From assembly GCF_009914755.1 (NCBI RefSeq), contig NC_060935.1: a DNA stretch of 64,000 nt. One strand, 5' to 3'. Source of the DNA: the human T2T-CHM13v2.0 reference genome, Homo sapiens. The notes beneath the pieces are model-generated. The model did no database searches. It saw nothing but the letters and a program-made list of their open reading frames with translations, and was not told where the DNA came from. Position numbers and translations under genes: made by a program. Positions 1-13,965 of the stretch are shown piece after piece (within the stretch, counting starts at the first letter, position 1; every line of letters begins with the position of its first letter).

Positions 1-4
1 TATA

Positions 5-308
5 CTTTGTTTGTTAGTTTGTATGCTTGTTTGTTTTGAGGGTCTCCTTCTGTTACCCAGCCTAGAGTGCAGTGGTGCCATCATGGCTCACTGCAACCTC
101 AATCTCCGAGCTCAATTGATCCGCCTGCCTCAGCCTCCTGAGTAGCCAGGACTACAGGTGAATGCCACCATGCCTGGCTAATTTTTTTTTTTTGTAGAGG
201 GTTTTTTCCTGTTGCCCAGGCTGGTCTCAAACTCCTGGTCCCAAGTGATCCGCCTGCCTTAGCCTCCCAAAATGCTGGGATCACAGATGTGAGCCACCCT
301 GCCTGGCC
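5..308 (-). mobile_element. Alu (AluJ-like), full length
   Basis: Reverse-complement Alu body ending gcctggcc, with a degenerate T-rich tail at the window start. Confidence 0.9.
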
Positions 309-998
309 TTCTAATATAATTTGGATATTCCATGGATATTCCCACCTTGATCTACATTAGGAACTTCCTGGAGGCTTGTGTTCAAGAGAGGTAGTATCTG
401 CTTGCTCAGCAAGCAGAGGCTGAGTAAGTGCAGGACTCTGAATATGGTTGTGCAGCAGAGTTGTGGGTATTTGTGGGGACGTTGACCTCAGGCCCAGCAT
501 TTAGATTTAGCTAGCACACATGCCTGGGCAGCTAAACTGGCAATGTCAGACCAAACTGCCTGGTCTGATATTGCCAGACAGTTTAGCGTATCAGGGCTCT
601 GCTTAGAAGCCACAATGCCAAGGCCTCATGACCATATTCTTCCACCCTTGAGAATCTTGTCCACCTTCATATCCCTCCAATCCTCAAGCATCATGTCCTG
701 GGTGGGTGCCCTGACACCTCATTCTCACCTCCATCTCCTTGCTCACTCATGTTTTCCAGGTTGTACTTGAGAGAGCCTAGGCCTTAGCGGTAGAGTTGGT
801 TTCAAGTTGCTGCCCTCCCATCCCCTGGAATGTAACTGGCTTTCTGGGACTTAGTTTTTTTCATTTGTAATGCCTGCCTTGTAGTCCCATTGTGAAAATT
901 AATCAATAATTTGTTTTGAGGGTCCAATATGTGGCAGGCATTGTGGTAAGCTTTAGGGCAGGGGCATAAAGACCAGTTAAGATTTCTCCTTTTTAAAA

Positions 999-1124
999 CT
1001 TTTATTTTTTTGTAGAGATGGAGTCTTGCTATGTTGCCCAGGCTGATCTTGAACTCTTGGCCTCAAGTAATCCTCCTACCTGGGCCTCCCAAAGGAATTA
1101 CAGAATGAGCCACCATGCCTGGCT
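999..1124 (-). mobile_element. Alu left monomer / FLAM
   Basis: tttttgtagagatggagtcttgctatgttgcccagg...gagccaccatgcctggc. Confidence 0.85.
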
Positions 1125-1276
1125 TATCCCTCTTTTTGAATAGCTTTTGGTTAGTGTTAAGAGGCAGGTTCATAAACATAATTTCAAAATAATGCGTAAA
1201 TGCTAAGATAGAGGTAAGCCTTAGGAGTACAAAAGAAGGGAAAGAATGCTTTTTGGGTAAATGGTGGATGAGCTGG

Positions 1277-1437
1277 TTTTCTTTCTCTTTCTTTCTTTCT
1301 CTTTCTTTCTTTCTTTCTTTCCTTCCTTCCTTCCTTCCTTCCTTCCTTCCTTCCTTCCTTCCTTCCTTCCTTTCCTTCCTTCCTTCCTTCCTTCCCCTTT
1401 CTCTCTCTCTCTTTCTTTCTTCTCTCTCTCTCTCTCT
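1277..1437. repeat. Polypyrimidine microsatellite (TTTC)n(TTCC)n(TC)n
   Basis: Directly visible; sits at the tail position of the adjacent Alu monomer. Confidence 0.95.
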
Positions 1438-1556
1438 GGAGTTCAGTGGCGTGAATCATAGTTCACTGCAGTCTTAAACTTCTGGCCTCAAGCAATCCTC
1501 CTGCCTCAGCCTCCCAAAGCACTGAGATTACAGGTGTGAGTCACTGCAGCCATCCT
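1438..1556 (-). mobile_element. Alu monomer (FLAM-like) fragment
   Basis: ggagttcagtggcgtgaatcatagttcactgcag...gattacaggtgtgagtcactg. Confidence 0.8.
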
Positions 1557-1897
1557 GGATGAACTGTTTTGAAGGATAGGGGTAGGTTGGGGTGAATGTT
1601 CCTGGAAGAGAGAAGTGTGGAATTACAAAACAGTGTGATGTGAGCAGGGAACAATGAAAAGGTAATGTTCAAGAAAAAGAGTGACAGATGCTGTTGCTGG
1701 CAAGTAAATAGGGGCCAAGTCATGCTAGGTCTTATAGGTCATGCTAAGCATTTTGAATTCTATCTGTAGGCAACAGAGTTTTATTTTTATTTGTTTATTA
1801 TTTTTATTTTTTTCACCCGGAGGTGAAACAATTTTATTTCACAGTTGCCTTTAAAACCTCAAAGATACTATTTTCTTCATACAAAAATATTAGTACT

Positions 1898-2515
1898 GGG
1901 GGAAGAGGCCAAGATGGCCAACTAGAAACATCTGTGGTCAGAGGCGCCCACTGGGAGGAACCAAAATGGCAAGTGAATCCTGCACCAGCAACCAGGGTAT
2001 CCACGTTCTCTCACTGGGACTGACTAAGCAGTTGATGTGACCCACGAAGAGTGAAGAAAAGCCGGGTGGTGCGACGGCCCACCTGGGAGCCACACGGGGA
2101 AAGGGCAGCTCCCACCCCAAGCCAAGGGAGGTGGTTAGTGATCATGCTACCCTGCTAGAAAACCGTACTTTTTCCACGGATCTGCACAACCCACAGATCA
2201 GGAGATCCCACTTTTGAGCTACGCTACCAGGGCCTTGGGTCCCAAGCACAGAGCTGTGCAGATTCTCAGCAGCCACTTGACTGGAGACTGCCTAAGACTC
2301 CAGTCAAGTGGCTGCTGAGAATCTGCACAGCTCTGTTAAGTTAACCCTGCACAGCTCTGTTAACAGCTCTGTTCTGTTAACTCTGCTAAGAGTTTCCAGG
2401 GGGGTGGGGGCGGCCATTATCACTGCAGCTGCCTGCTGCCTAAGATGACTGAGCTCCCCTGAGTTGGGGTGGTGGCCATCATTGCAGCTCATGTCTGCCA
2501 TTTTTCCCCTGGTGG
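1898..2515 (+). mobile_element. Isolated 5'UTR of an older L1PA element (no ORF1, ORF2 or 3' end)
   Basis: Starts ggggaagaggccaagatggcc (L1 5' terminus with YY1 core) and continues with older L1PA 5'UTR-like sequence. Confidence 0.8.
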
Positions 2516-2826
2516 TTTCATCTAAGCTCATAAGGGAAAGGAATGAGTGGAAGATGTAGGGGAGCTCACTCAGCAGTGGAAGTTTTAAGTGGCAGAGAGG
2601 GAAGGTTTGCGATGGAGAGAATAGTGAGAACGGGAGGAGGAGGTTGGAGGAATGTTCTGTGGAGGACAAATGGTGAGACGGGCTTTCTCTGAGGACAATG
2701 GTTGTGGTGTGACTAGACTGGCTGGTCCCAAGGGTCCAAAGGGAAGCCACTAGCCTATTAGGGCTGGGCTGGAGCGTACAGGTTCTGGATCTGTAGGTCA
2801 GAGGTGGGGGGGTCCAGGAACATGCA

Positions 2827-3290
<464 letters not shown>

Positions 3291-3928
3291 TGAGCTCCCT
3301 GGCTGGAAGTCTTCGTGGTCTTGGGCACATAGTGTTAGGTGGCATTCACTGAGGTAATGTAGGTACAACACCTAGTACAGGGTCTGTCTGGTCAATGACA
3401 GTTATAATGCACACTGGGACCCTTGGTGACATTGGTGGCTTACAGGAGGGTATGCAGGTCCAGTTCATTCCGGTAAGAGACTGATTATTAGCCGATGCAC
3501 ACAGCATCCAGAGGATGGGGGAAATATTTCTTCACTTTCTTGGAATATTTCTACTCCTTCTTGGTCACACCTCTGGGGGGCTGTCTTGCTCTGGTCTCCC
3601 TTCCTCTTACGCAGTCCTCTTCATCTTTCATATCTGCTGGCCTTTCTAGGTCCTACTGCAGTTCTGAAGGGGAGGATCATCCTGGGAGGTCCATGTGTGC
3701 CCAGGGAGCTCAGGCCCTTCAGTATCTTTGGTGTAGACCGTGAACAAGACACACAGCAATGACTACCTCTCCTGGCACCTTCAACACTATTTTGTGAACA
3801 GTTTATCTCTTTTCTCTGTCTTTTTCTCTGTCTTACTGATGGCTCCTCAGAAGTGAGTAGAGGGGAAAAGGAAGGAAAGGGGTGATGGGATGAAGTCCTT
3901 TCTGCTCCCATTATCATTCAGATTGAGA

Positions 3929-4913
3929 TTGAATCAGTCATGTAAATGAATGGGCAGATGGACATCCTGCATACCGACCTTATGTATTATTATTATTATT
4001 ATTTATTTTTTTTTGTAAAGATGGGGTCTCCATATGTTGCCCAGGAGCAAAGACCATGACTTATTTGGGCTAATGTCAGTTCCTTTCTTCTCTAACTATT
4101 CACAGTTAAAGACATTGATGACCTCCTCCCATAAACCTAGGCTAGCTCTAATTTTTTTTTTTCTTTGAGACAGGGTCTTGCTCTGTAGCACTGTCTCAAA
4201 GCCTGAAGTGCAGTAGTGAAATCACAGGTCACTGCAGCCTTGAATTTCTGGGCCCAAGGGATGCACCTGCCTCGGCTTCTTAAAGCACTGGGATTGTACT
4301 TAGATTTTAAGTCGGGTTTAAATCCTACCTTTGGTAGCCAGTCCTTCCCATTTCCTCCAGGGCACATGAATCTGAAGCTCTTGAAATTCTAATCAGTGGC
4401 ACAGTAGTCAGAGTTTGAATTAAGCAAATGTTTATTGAGCTGTGCTGGTTCTAGATGCTTTGGGCAGTCCACATAAAAGACCTCAGTGACTAGTAAATGG
4501 AAAACTCAGGAAATGTCAGTGGTGTTGAGACATCCCTTAGAGAAAGGAGAAAGGAGACCTAGGAGGGGCTGGTGTAAAACCTCTCTGAGCAAGGCGAGAG
4601 GGAGAGAGCCAGAGAGAGGGCTGGAAAAATCACAGCAAGTAAAAAAGAAAAATGAGAAGACAACTGCAAGTGAAATGAACTTGGTGAGCTTATGTGTGAA
4701 TGGCCAGGTTTCTAAGCCAGGGGAATCAGATCAGGTGGCGGGTGATGATCTTATGACCTGTGGATCCTGGAAGGGCAGGGAGGAGAGGTGAACATCAGTA
4801 AGTGAGGAGAAAGAGTAAGCAAGCAAACAAACAAACAAGAAAACAAACAAAACCAAAACCCTTGAATCAGTCATGTAAATGAACAGTCAGATAAACATCC
4901 TGTGTACTGACAT
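3929..4913. repeat. Pair of 52-bp direct repeats (3929-3980 and 4862-4913) enclosing an ~880 bp insert
   Basis: ttgaatcagtcatgtaaatgaa identical in both copies; 43/52 identity overall. Confidence 0.9.
4152..4280 (-). mobile_element. Alu monomer fragment (a second short Alu fragment lies at 3985-4045)
   Basis: tttgagacagggtcttgctctg...gcactgggatt. Confidence 0.75.
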
Positions 4914-5908
4914 AACCAAGGGTCGCAGTGCATGCCCTAACTATCAGACTCTGACAGTTTCAGGGAGTGTGGCTGGTTATTGAATCCAACCAATAAATGA
5001 ATGCTGTTAATGTTAACTTAATGTATATGCCTATGACCTTGTATCTGAGTACTGGCCCTGTGTTTCTGATGCCTGCAGGGGGTGGGCAGTAGGGAGTGGC
5101 TAGGGGATGTGGCAACCTGTCGCTAATTTACAACCCTCAATCATGAGGTAAGAATTGGAAAATCATTCCATCATTCCAGGATGTCCGTCCATCATTCCAG
5201 GGTGTCCATTTGACCGTTGAGTAAGAGCCCATCTCTGCCCTCTGGAGCTCCCACGTGATCCAGGAAGAGAAGTATATGAACAAGCCACAATGGTTTGAGG
5301 TTTACTGAGCAGACCATAAAAGGAGGTGGAAGCTCCGTTCCATGAAAGAACAGATAAAGAGGAATTAGGCTCAAAACACCTTCTTGTGTTGGTTTTTTCC
5401 CTTTCTCAACTAGATTTTGGGTTCTTGGAGGATAAATGTTGTACCTTCTTTTGTCTCTCCTATGACACTTAGCATGTCTGGTATCTTGGAGCATACAGCA
5501 GGTGCTCAATAGTTGCTTGTGCTTACTCATTTGAATGCCTACAGGGCCTGTAACATGCCTTGCAGATGTTAGGTATTTGGTTTTTGTTAAATAAATGAAA
5601 TTGATATTCTCTCCTTTTGATCCCATTTCTTCATTTTCCTCCTGTCTTCCAAGGATTTGTATATAGGTGCTTATTAAAATGAATCATAAAGTGGTTGATG
5701 ACTTCAGAACAAAATTTAACTACATTAACAATCAAGACATTTCACCTGTAACATCAGCTAAGATGAATAAAAATGAGATCACTTCCAACATTAATGAGGT
5801 TGCAGGCAAATTGAACTTTCCTAAATTGTTAAAGGGAGAATAATTGTTTGAGTGTTTTGGAGGGCAATTTGACACTATTTGTCAATAGCCTTAAGAAAGT
5901 GCATACCC

Positions 5909-6167
<259 letters not shown>

Positions 6168-7754
6168 TTAAGGATGATTACTGCTGAGTGGAAAGAATTA
6201 TGTGGAAGGAAGATAATCACAGCATTGTCTATGATAGTGAAAATTGAAAACATCTTAAATGCTAGCCAGTAAGGGATTATGTGATTAATACCTTGAACCA
6301 CTTATAATAATGTGTTAGAAAAGTAACTGAAAAATGAGAACATGTTAAAAATAAGTAAAAAAAAAAAAAAAGTCACAAGACAATGTAGACCATTCAGGAA
6401 GCTGGTATGGTAGGAATTCTGCTCTGTTCCTCACAGTTATGTGGCCTCAGGCAGGTTGCTTGACTTTTTGTTGCACAGAAATTTTCTTTTCAGTAAATTG
6501 GAGACATTGTGTCTCCCCTGCAGGTTGCTATAAAGATTGGTGAGATGTTTGTATAGCACTTGGTCCTGTGTCTGACAGGTAGTAGATGTTCAGTTAGCAG
6601 TGAATATTATTACCTGATTTCTGTAAAAAAAAAAAAACACCCTCATATTTATATTAGCACAGTAAAAGAAAGGTCACTGGAAATTACAGCAAATGTTAGC
6701 AGTGTTGTCTCTAACTGGTGACATTGCAGTCATTTTTATTTCCTTCTTTGAGTTTTTCCCTTTTACTAATGAACATAGATTAATATTACAACCAGAAATT
6801 AAATACTGTACTTAGAAAAGAAAAGGTGCTAGGCTTGTATTAAAAATGAAAGAATTAAAGAGATGAGTTACTGATTCCTTTCTTTTAGAATGATAACCTT
6901 ACCTGGGTTATCAAAGATAACCTTATCTTAGGGATGATCTGTTTAACATCATTTTACTGTTGGGGAAACAGAAGCTCTGAGAAGGAAAGTGACTTGTCTA
7001 AAGTAATAAATCAATTAATAGCAGGTTTCACATTCCTTGAACCAGTACTTTTTCAATCTACTAGTCTCTCTTTGAGGACACGGGGCTCAAGAGAGGGGCT
7101 GCTTTAGTCCCGGATAGGCCCCAAACCACTAGTGTCATCAGTAGAATGTCCCTTCCTGACTCTCCCAGGAAGCAACTTTTGCTTCTTTTCCCCTCCCAGG
7201 CAGTACAGTGCTAACCTAGGAGAAAAGGGTCATGGGGACCTGCACACGTGTTCCTGGTCCTCTCTGTGAGTGGACCCCAAGGGGTGCTCCTCAGCAGGCC
7301 AGCGGCATGTGCTATTTGGACATTCACCCTGTGTGGATGACAGCATTATGCTTCCTTTTTCTCTTATCAGCTTCAATGTATGCATGTATGTCATGCTGCT
7401 TCTGAATACTAATTTTGTCTGGATTGATTCATGTTCAGAGTGTTGGTGCTGCTGGCTGCTAGGCTTAGCATGAGGTTCTTCCTGTGTTTTGTAATTTTGG
7501 ATTTGCAGGCTCATGTGGAATGGGAGGCTTTTGGATTTTTTCTTCTTTCTCTTCTGATTGTTCAACTGCACCTGTCTAGAGGTTTTGCAGTTGCTTCCTC
7601 CTGTCCCTCTGAACCCCAGGTCTAGAAACGCCTCATGAAGGTGGCTGGTGACAACAGATACTGGAGACAGCACAGTGGGTGGCTTGTCTCAGTTCCTGGA
7701 AGGGAGGCTTTGTCCTTCCCCTCCCCGGGCCCATGGCTCCCCAGGAATTTGTAA

Positions 7755-8175
<421 letters not shown>

Positions 8176-8199
8176 GGAACTATATCTTTTGGTTTTCTC

Positions 8200-8907
8200 T
8201 TTTTATACTTTATGTACTATTGCAATGTGTTTGGAATAGCGGAGGTGCAACCAATCCAGATTCATTGTGCTATCTCGACCTAACAGGTGGTCTTTTGGTT
8301 GAGGGTGGGCACTTGGCTCTCAGGGATTGGCTCTGAAACCTCAGTGGTAAGGCGTCTTCCAGAGCAGCGGCGCCCCCTGGTGGCACGCGGTAGGATGGGC
8401 GGCAAAGAAGCACTCGGCGTGGGCGGGGCGGGTGGGGGTCGCAAGGCCACTTCTCTCCTTCCTGCAGGTTCTCAGAGATGGAAGGTGTCTTAGAGGCGGT
8501 GAGACCAACTGCCCACACAGTGTGGTCGCCCATCTATGCCACACCCAAAAATGGTCAGTGTCAGCTGGATCCACTCCACAATTTGGTCAGCTGTGTTTCC
8601 AAGGAGCCCTTCTTGTACTGAGTGGTTTCTCCTTGTAGCTCTCAGCCATGGGTCCTAGTTCCGCCATTTGAAGCCGCGCATAGCAAATGTGGCCCTTCTC
8701 CGTATTCTCTCAGATGTTTGAGGGCAGCATTAGACATTTCTTCTTCCGGCTCTCTTTCAGCCGGCCCCTCCAGACGATGGCCATTCCTGTTGCCTTGGTC
8801 CGCAGGAACGATGGGTTATGCATGAACTTTGTAGAACATGGCCTTGTCTTCACCAACGCGGAGGAGAGCCCGTTCGGTTCCAGAGAGGATGCTGCCTCAT
8901 CTCGTCT
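8200..8907 (-). ncRNA. Candidate terminal exon of a minus-strand non-coding transcript
   Basis: Minus-strand acceptor cctgctccccttcctcctcttttag| (AG at 8909-8908); variant poly(A) hexamers CATAAA/TATAAA at ~8202-8214; unique CpG-retaining sequence. No transcript evidence available. Confidence 0.25.
8367..8385 (-). promoter_or_regulatory. CTCF core motif
   Basis: Minus strand TGCCACCAGGGGGCGCCGC, essentially the CTCF consensus. Confidence 0.8.
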
Positions 8908-9005
8908 CTAAAAGAGGAGGAAGGGGAGCAGGTCCCTTCACGTTCTCTGGTCTCAGCTGAGAACTCTCCCTGGAAGTAGCGGGCCGTGAAATGTTTCACA
9001 AGGTA

Positions 9006-9025
9006 GCATCTCCCTCTAGTGGCCA
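9006..9025 (-). promoter_or_regulatory. Second CTCF core motif, same orientation
   Basis: Minus strand TGGCCACTAGAGGGAGATGC. Confidence 0.6.
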
Positions 9026-9405
9026 CCATGGTCTATTTCAAGATGCTTTCCTCCCTTCCCCTGGCCCTCGCTTCTCAAGGTTTTTTTTTTTTTTTTTTTC
9101 CCCCACCTCAAAAAGATCCACTGAGATGTGACAGGGTGAGCTGTAGATTGCAAAGTCCCCTATCTGGCCTTCTGACTAAAATGAACTGATTCTGCAATGG
9201 TGACTGGTGAGACAGAACTCAGATTCAATTTCTATGTTTCTCATGATTATCCTAAGCCAAAATTTGCAAATGGTTATACACATGTTAATTAGTATTATTC
9301 CCAGAAACTGTAAAATAATTGTTCTTCTTTTAGGTGGTTTCCTTATTGATTGGCTTTTTTTGTGTGTGTGACTTTCTCTGTCCATCTCTACTTGCTAATG
9401 GTTGA

Positions 9406-9721
<316 letters not shown>

Positions 9722-12119
9722 GGGTTCTTTAAGCGGCAATAACCAGATGCCTTCACACACCAGTACAAGTGAAGTTGGGGAGGTAGCTGGAAGGAGAAGG
9801 GAGCAACAAGGGAGCAAGAATGTCCACAGAGCCTGCATTTGGATCTGAGGTTACACTCCAGCAGGAGTCCTGGATCTTTGCTCTGGCTCTCCCCCAGTAA
9901 GGCGACCTGGCTTCTGTGAGCAGGTCCTCCATTCTCCGCTCGCCACTGGCAGCTCCCTTGCCTTGTTTTCTGCACCTGCCTCTTCCCTGCGCCACAGCTT
10001 CTGCTGATTCATAACTTTGGTTTACCCCTCACTCACTGTGGTCCCTTCAGCCTCTCTCCACTTGCTGCACTCCAGGACATTTCAGCCTTGGCTCCCGCCA
10101 CCAACGGACTGATTTTCTTGACATTTTCCAGTTTTGCTTTCTGAGATAGAAATCTAATTGACACACCCTTCCCCTTTTTCAGGTGCTGGGCCACTTCAAA
10201 AGTCTCTAGCCAGCCAATGAATGAGCTGTTTGGGAGTCTGCTTCCTGTTGCAATTAGCTGGGCAGGGGAGAGTGTGCCATAAAACAGAACTGCCCTGCTG
10301 GGAAGTACCTGTGGCAGGGGATGAGGGCAGGCGGTTTCCTTTAAATGGGGATGTAGGTGCGGCACATTATAGAGCTATCCCATCTGGGAGCTCACATGTA
10401 GCAGCTGTGAGTTGGAACCCTTGTCTGGGAGCTGGGTGATTTGGTCTGCATTGAAGGGGGCTAGGAGCTCCCAACAGCATGGAAGTTTCAGGACATCTTG
10501 TGGTGGGATTCATCTTCTCCATTTGTCCTGCTGTGTTTCTCATTTTCATTGTATGATCAGTTTCAAGGAGAGGCACAAAGAATGGCTTGTGTGCCCCTGA
10601 GAGGGGCGTCATCAGGACTTACTTTGTGGACAGGTTGGTTGGGTGATGAGGTCCAATGTCATATTAAGGCAGAGGAACTAGGGAGTGGGGATGGCAGCCT
10701 ACAGCTGGTTAACAGGGCAAATTTGGTTGAATTTGGAAAATGGTACCATTTCTTTCACACACCCCACTGACATCTTCTAGAAAACTGCTGTAGGAACTAG
10801 AAAAACCTGTGATGACCATGATGTGAAAGGAGCCCAACAGTGTTGTGCAATGCAAAACTTGCACCGCTGTTAGTAGCTGCCTTACCAGGATCAAGCTGCA
10901 CACCACATCCATCTCAGCCTGCCTTGCATCTGCGAGTGTCCTGCAGAGATCTCAGGTGGCCACTCAATAGGAGTCCCTCACATGCCTTCCATTCAGAGGA
11001 CACAGATGCATAGGTTTGGGGATATAGAAAACTTTGGGGGTAAAAGTGGGAGAAAATTAGCATTTCTTGAGTATTTATATATGCTAGGGGCTATGCTAAC
11101 TATTTTACTTACATTGTTCATATTTTTGCATGAAAGCTGTGTTGTAACTATTACTACTTTCATTTTACAGCTAAGAAAACTAGGCACTGAGGTTCAGCTG
11201 CAGCTGCTGCTTTGGGCTGCACAAATTGCATATTTGTAATCAGGAAATGCTATTCACCTGTAATTCAAGTGACCATGTTGGTTACAAGGGGAGCCAGTAT
11301 ATCACTTGCCCAAGTCACATGGTGAAGGAGGAGCAGAGCTGGAATTCACACCCAGTCTGAATGACTCCAAAGCCCATGTTCTGTCTGCTACACAAGTCTT
11401 TTGAAGACCCCACAGGAGTAAAAAGTGACCAAACTTAGTTTTTTTTGTTTTTCTTTCTTAGAGAAAAGTTCCATTCCTGTATTCTCAAATCAAATGCAGA
11501 AAACATGGAATTTTATCCACAATGACAGCAACCTCTTAGAAGGAAAAGTGAGCATCTACTATGTGTGATACCTGTGACTGTCCCAGGTGTTGGGCTATAA
11601 ATAAGACAAAGTCCAGCGAAGGCTACATGAGCTGGATTGTGACCAGAACAGCACCATTTGATGAAATTAATCTGGGAACTGGATTTAGTTTCCGAGTTAA
11701 AGGTTCTCCACCCCACAGAAATTTGGTTTTAGTTGGTCTGATGAGGGACTCAGCATTTCAATATTTCAAAGGTCCCTTGGTAATTCTAATGCACAGCTGG
11801 GATTGAAAGCCACAGATCTAGTCCAGCCCTTGATTGAGAAGCAGGTGTCAAGGTCACTCAGCTGGTTAGTGTAGCTGTTGAGTGTGGGCTGGTCCCTCAT
11901 TGGATTTGCTGTTGTGCCTTGAAGGGCAGGGGAGGGGGATGCAAAAAGTGGGAAGAAAGAAGTGATTAAGCTGTTGGAACAAAGAGAAAGGCCCCATTTG
12001 TCTCTACTAGGTGATGTGGAGGGAGGCCCTGAGGACACTTTCTTATTCACTGGGAGTGCCCAGTACCTGCTCGGAACAACCAACTCATATTAAGTTGATT
12101 CTTAGAGGGTATTATCATC

Positions 12120-12761
<642 letters not shown>

Positions 12762-13512
12762 TGAAATCAGATGTGACTCCTGCCAGGAAATCGCCTGCTC
12801 TTGTTATTTGTTAGGGTGCGAGGCAAAGCTGTTGTAAGAAAAACATCCAAGAATACAGTGGTTTAAAAAATGTTGTGGATTACTTCTCTCCCTCATTTAG
12901 CAGCGTCTGGGGAGTAGGTGAGCTCATTGATTCCACAGGGTCACTCAGGAACCCAGCATCATCCCCCAAGACCCAGGGCCGTAGGCTAAGGGGCAGCCAC
13001 ATCTCCCTCGGATTCAGGCTCCAGGGCGTGAAGGTGTCAGCTATTTCTATGGTGGGAGATGACTGACCCCTGGCCCTGTGAAGCTGGTGGGCATGAGGTA
13101 CGAGGCAGGTGGGTCAGGGGCTTTAGGCTGCTCTAGGCCCCACGCAGGTTCCTTCTGCCGCCTCCAATTCTCAAGGAAATTCAAGGGAGAAGTGTGGCAC
13201 CGGGGAAGGATGGATCCCATAGTAAGGACTGAGAAGTGGGGGTCAGGGCAGGTCTTCCTTAGGCGCCAGAGCGGCAGTGGTGGTGAAAGCCGTGCCTTGC
13301 AGATGGTGAGCTTGTGGGTGCCATAGTGGCAGCCTGAGGTGGGGGCTGCAGCAGAGGGAATTCCGCTTCAGGGCTGGCTCCTGAGTCCCTGAGGCCATGC
13401 TGCCTCTCAGAGAAGGCTGCGGGACCTGCTGCCACAGCTGGTGAGAGCTTAGATGATCACAATTTGGGAACTGAATGTAAACGTGGTCTGACTTTGTGGT
13501 CTCCAGGGGTGA

Positions 13513-13965
<453 letters not shown>

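Noticed and set aside
1184-1477. Low-complexity KEGR / PSFL ORFs (also 20485-20670)
   Set aside because: Translations of (TTCC)n microsatellites
2248-2392. Repeat-spacer pattern as a CRISPR-like or programmed array
   Set aside because: Eukaryotic context; units shrink irregularly and all derive from adjacent sequence, which fits a repair scar
7230-7673. 147-aa minus-strand ORF with a KRKKKK stretch
   Set aside because: GTG start, no homology I recognise; the basic run is just the complement of a T-rich tract
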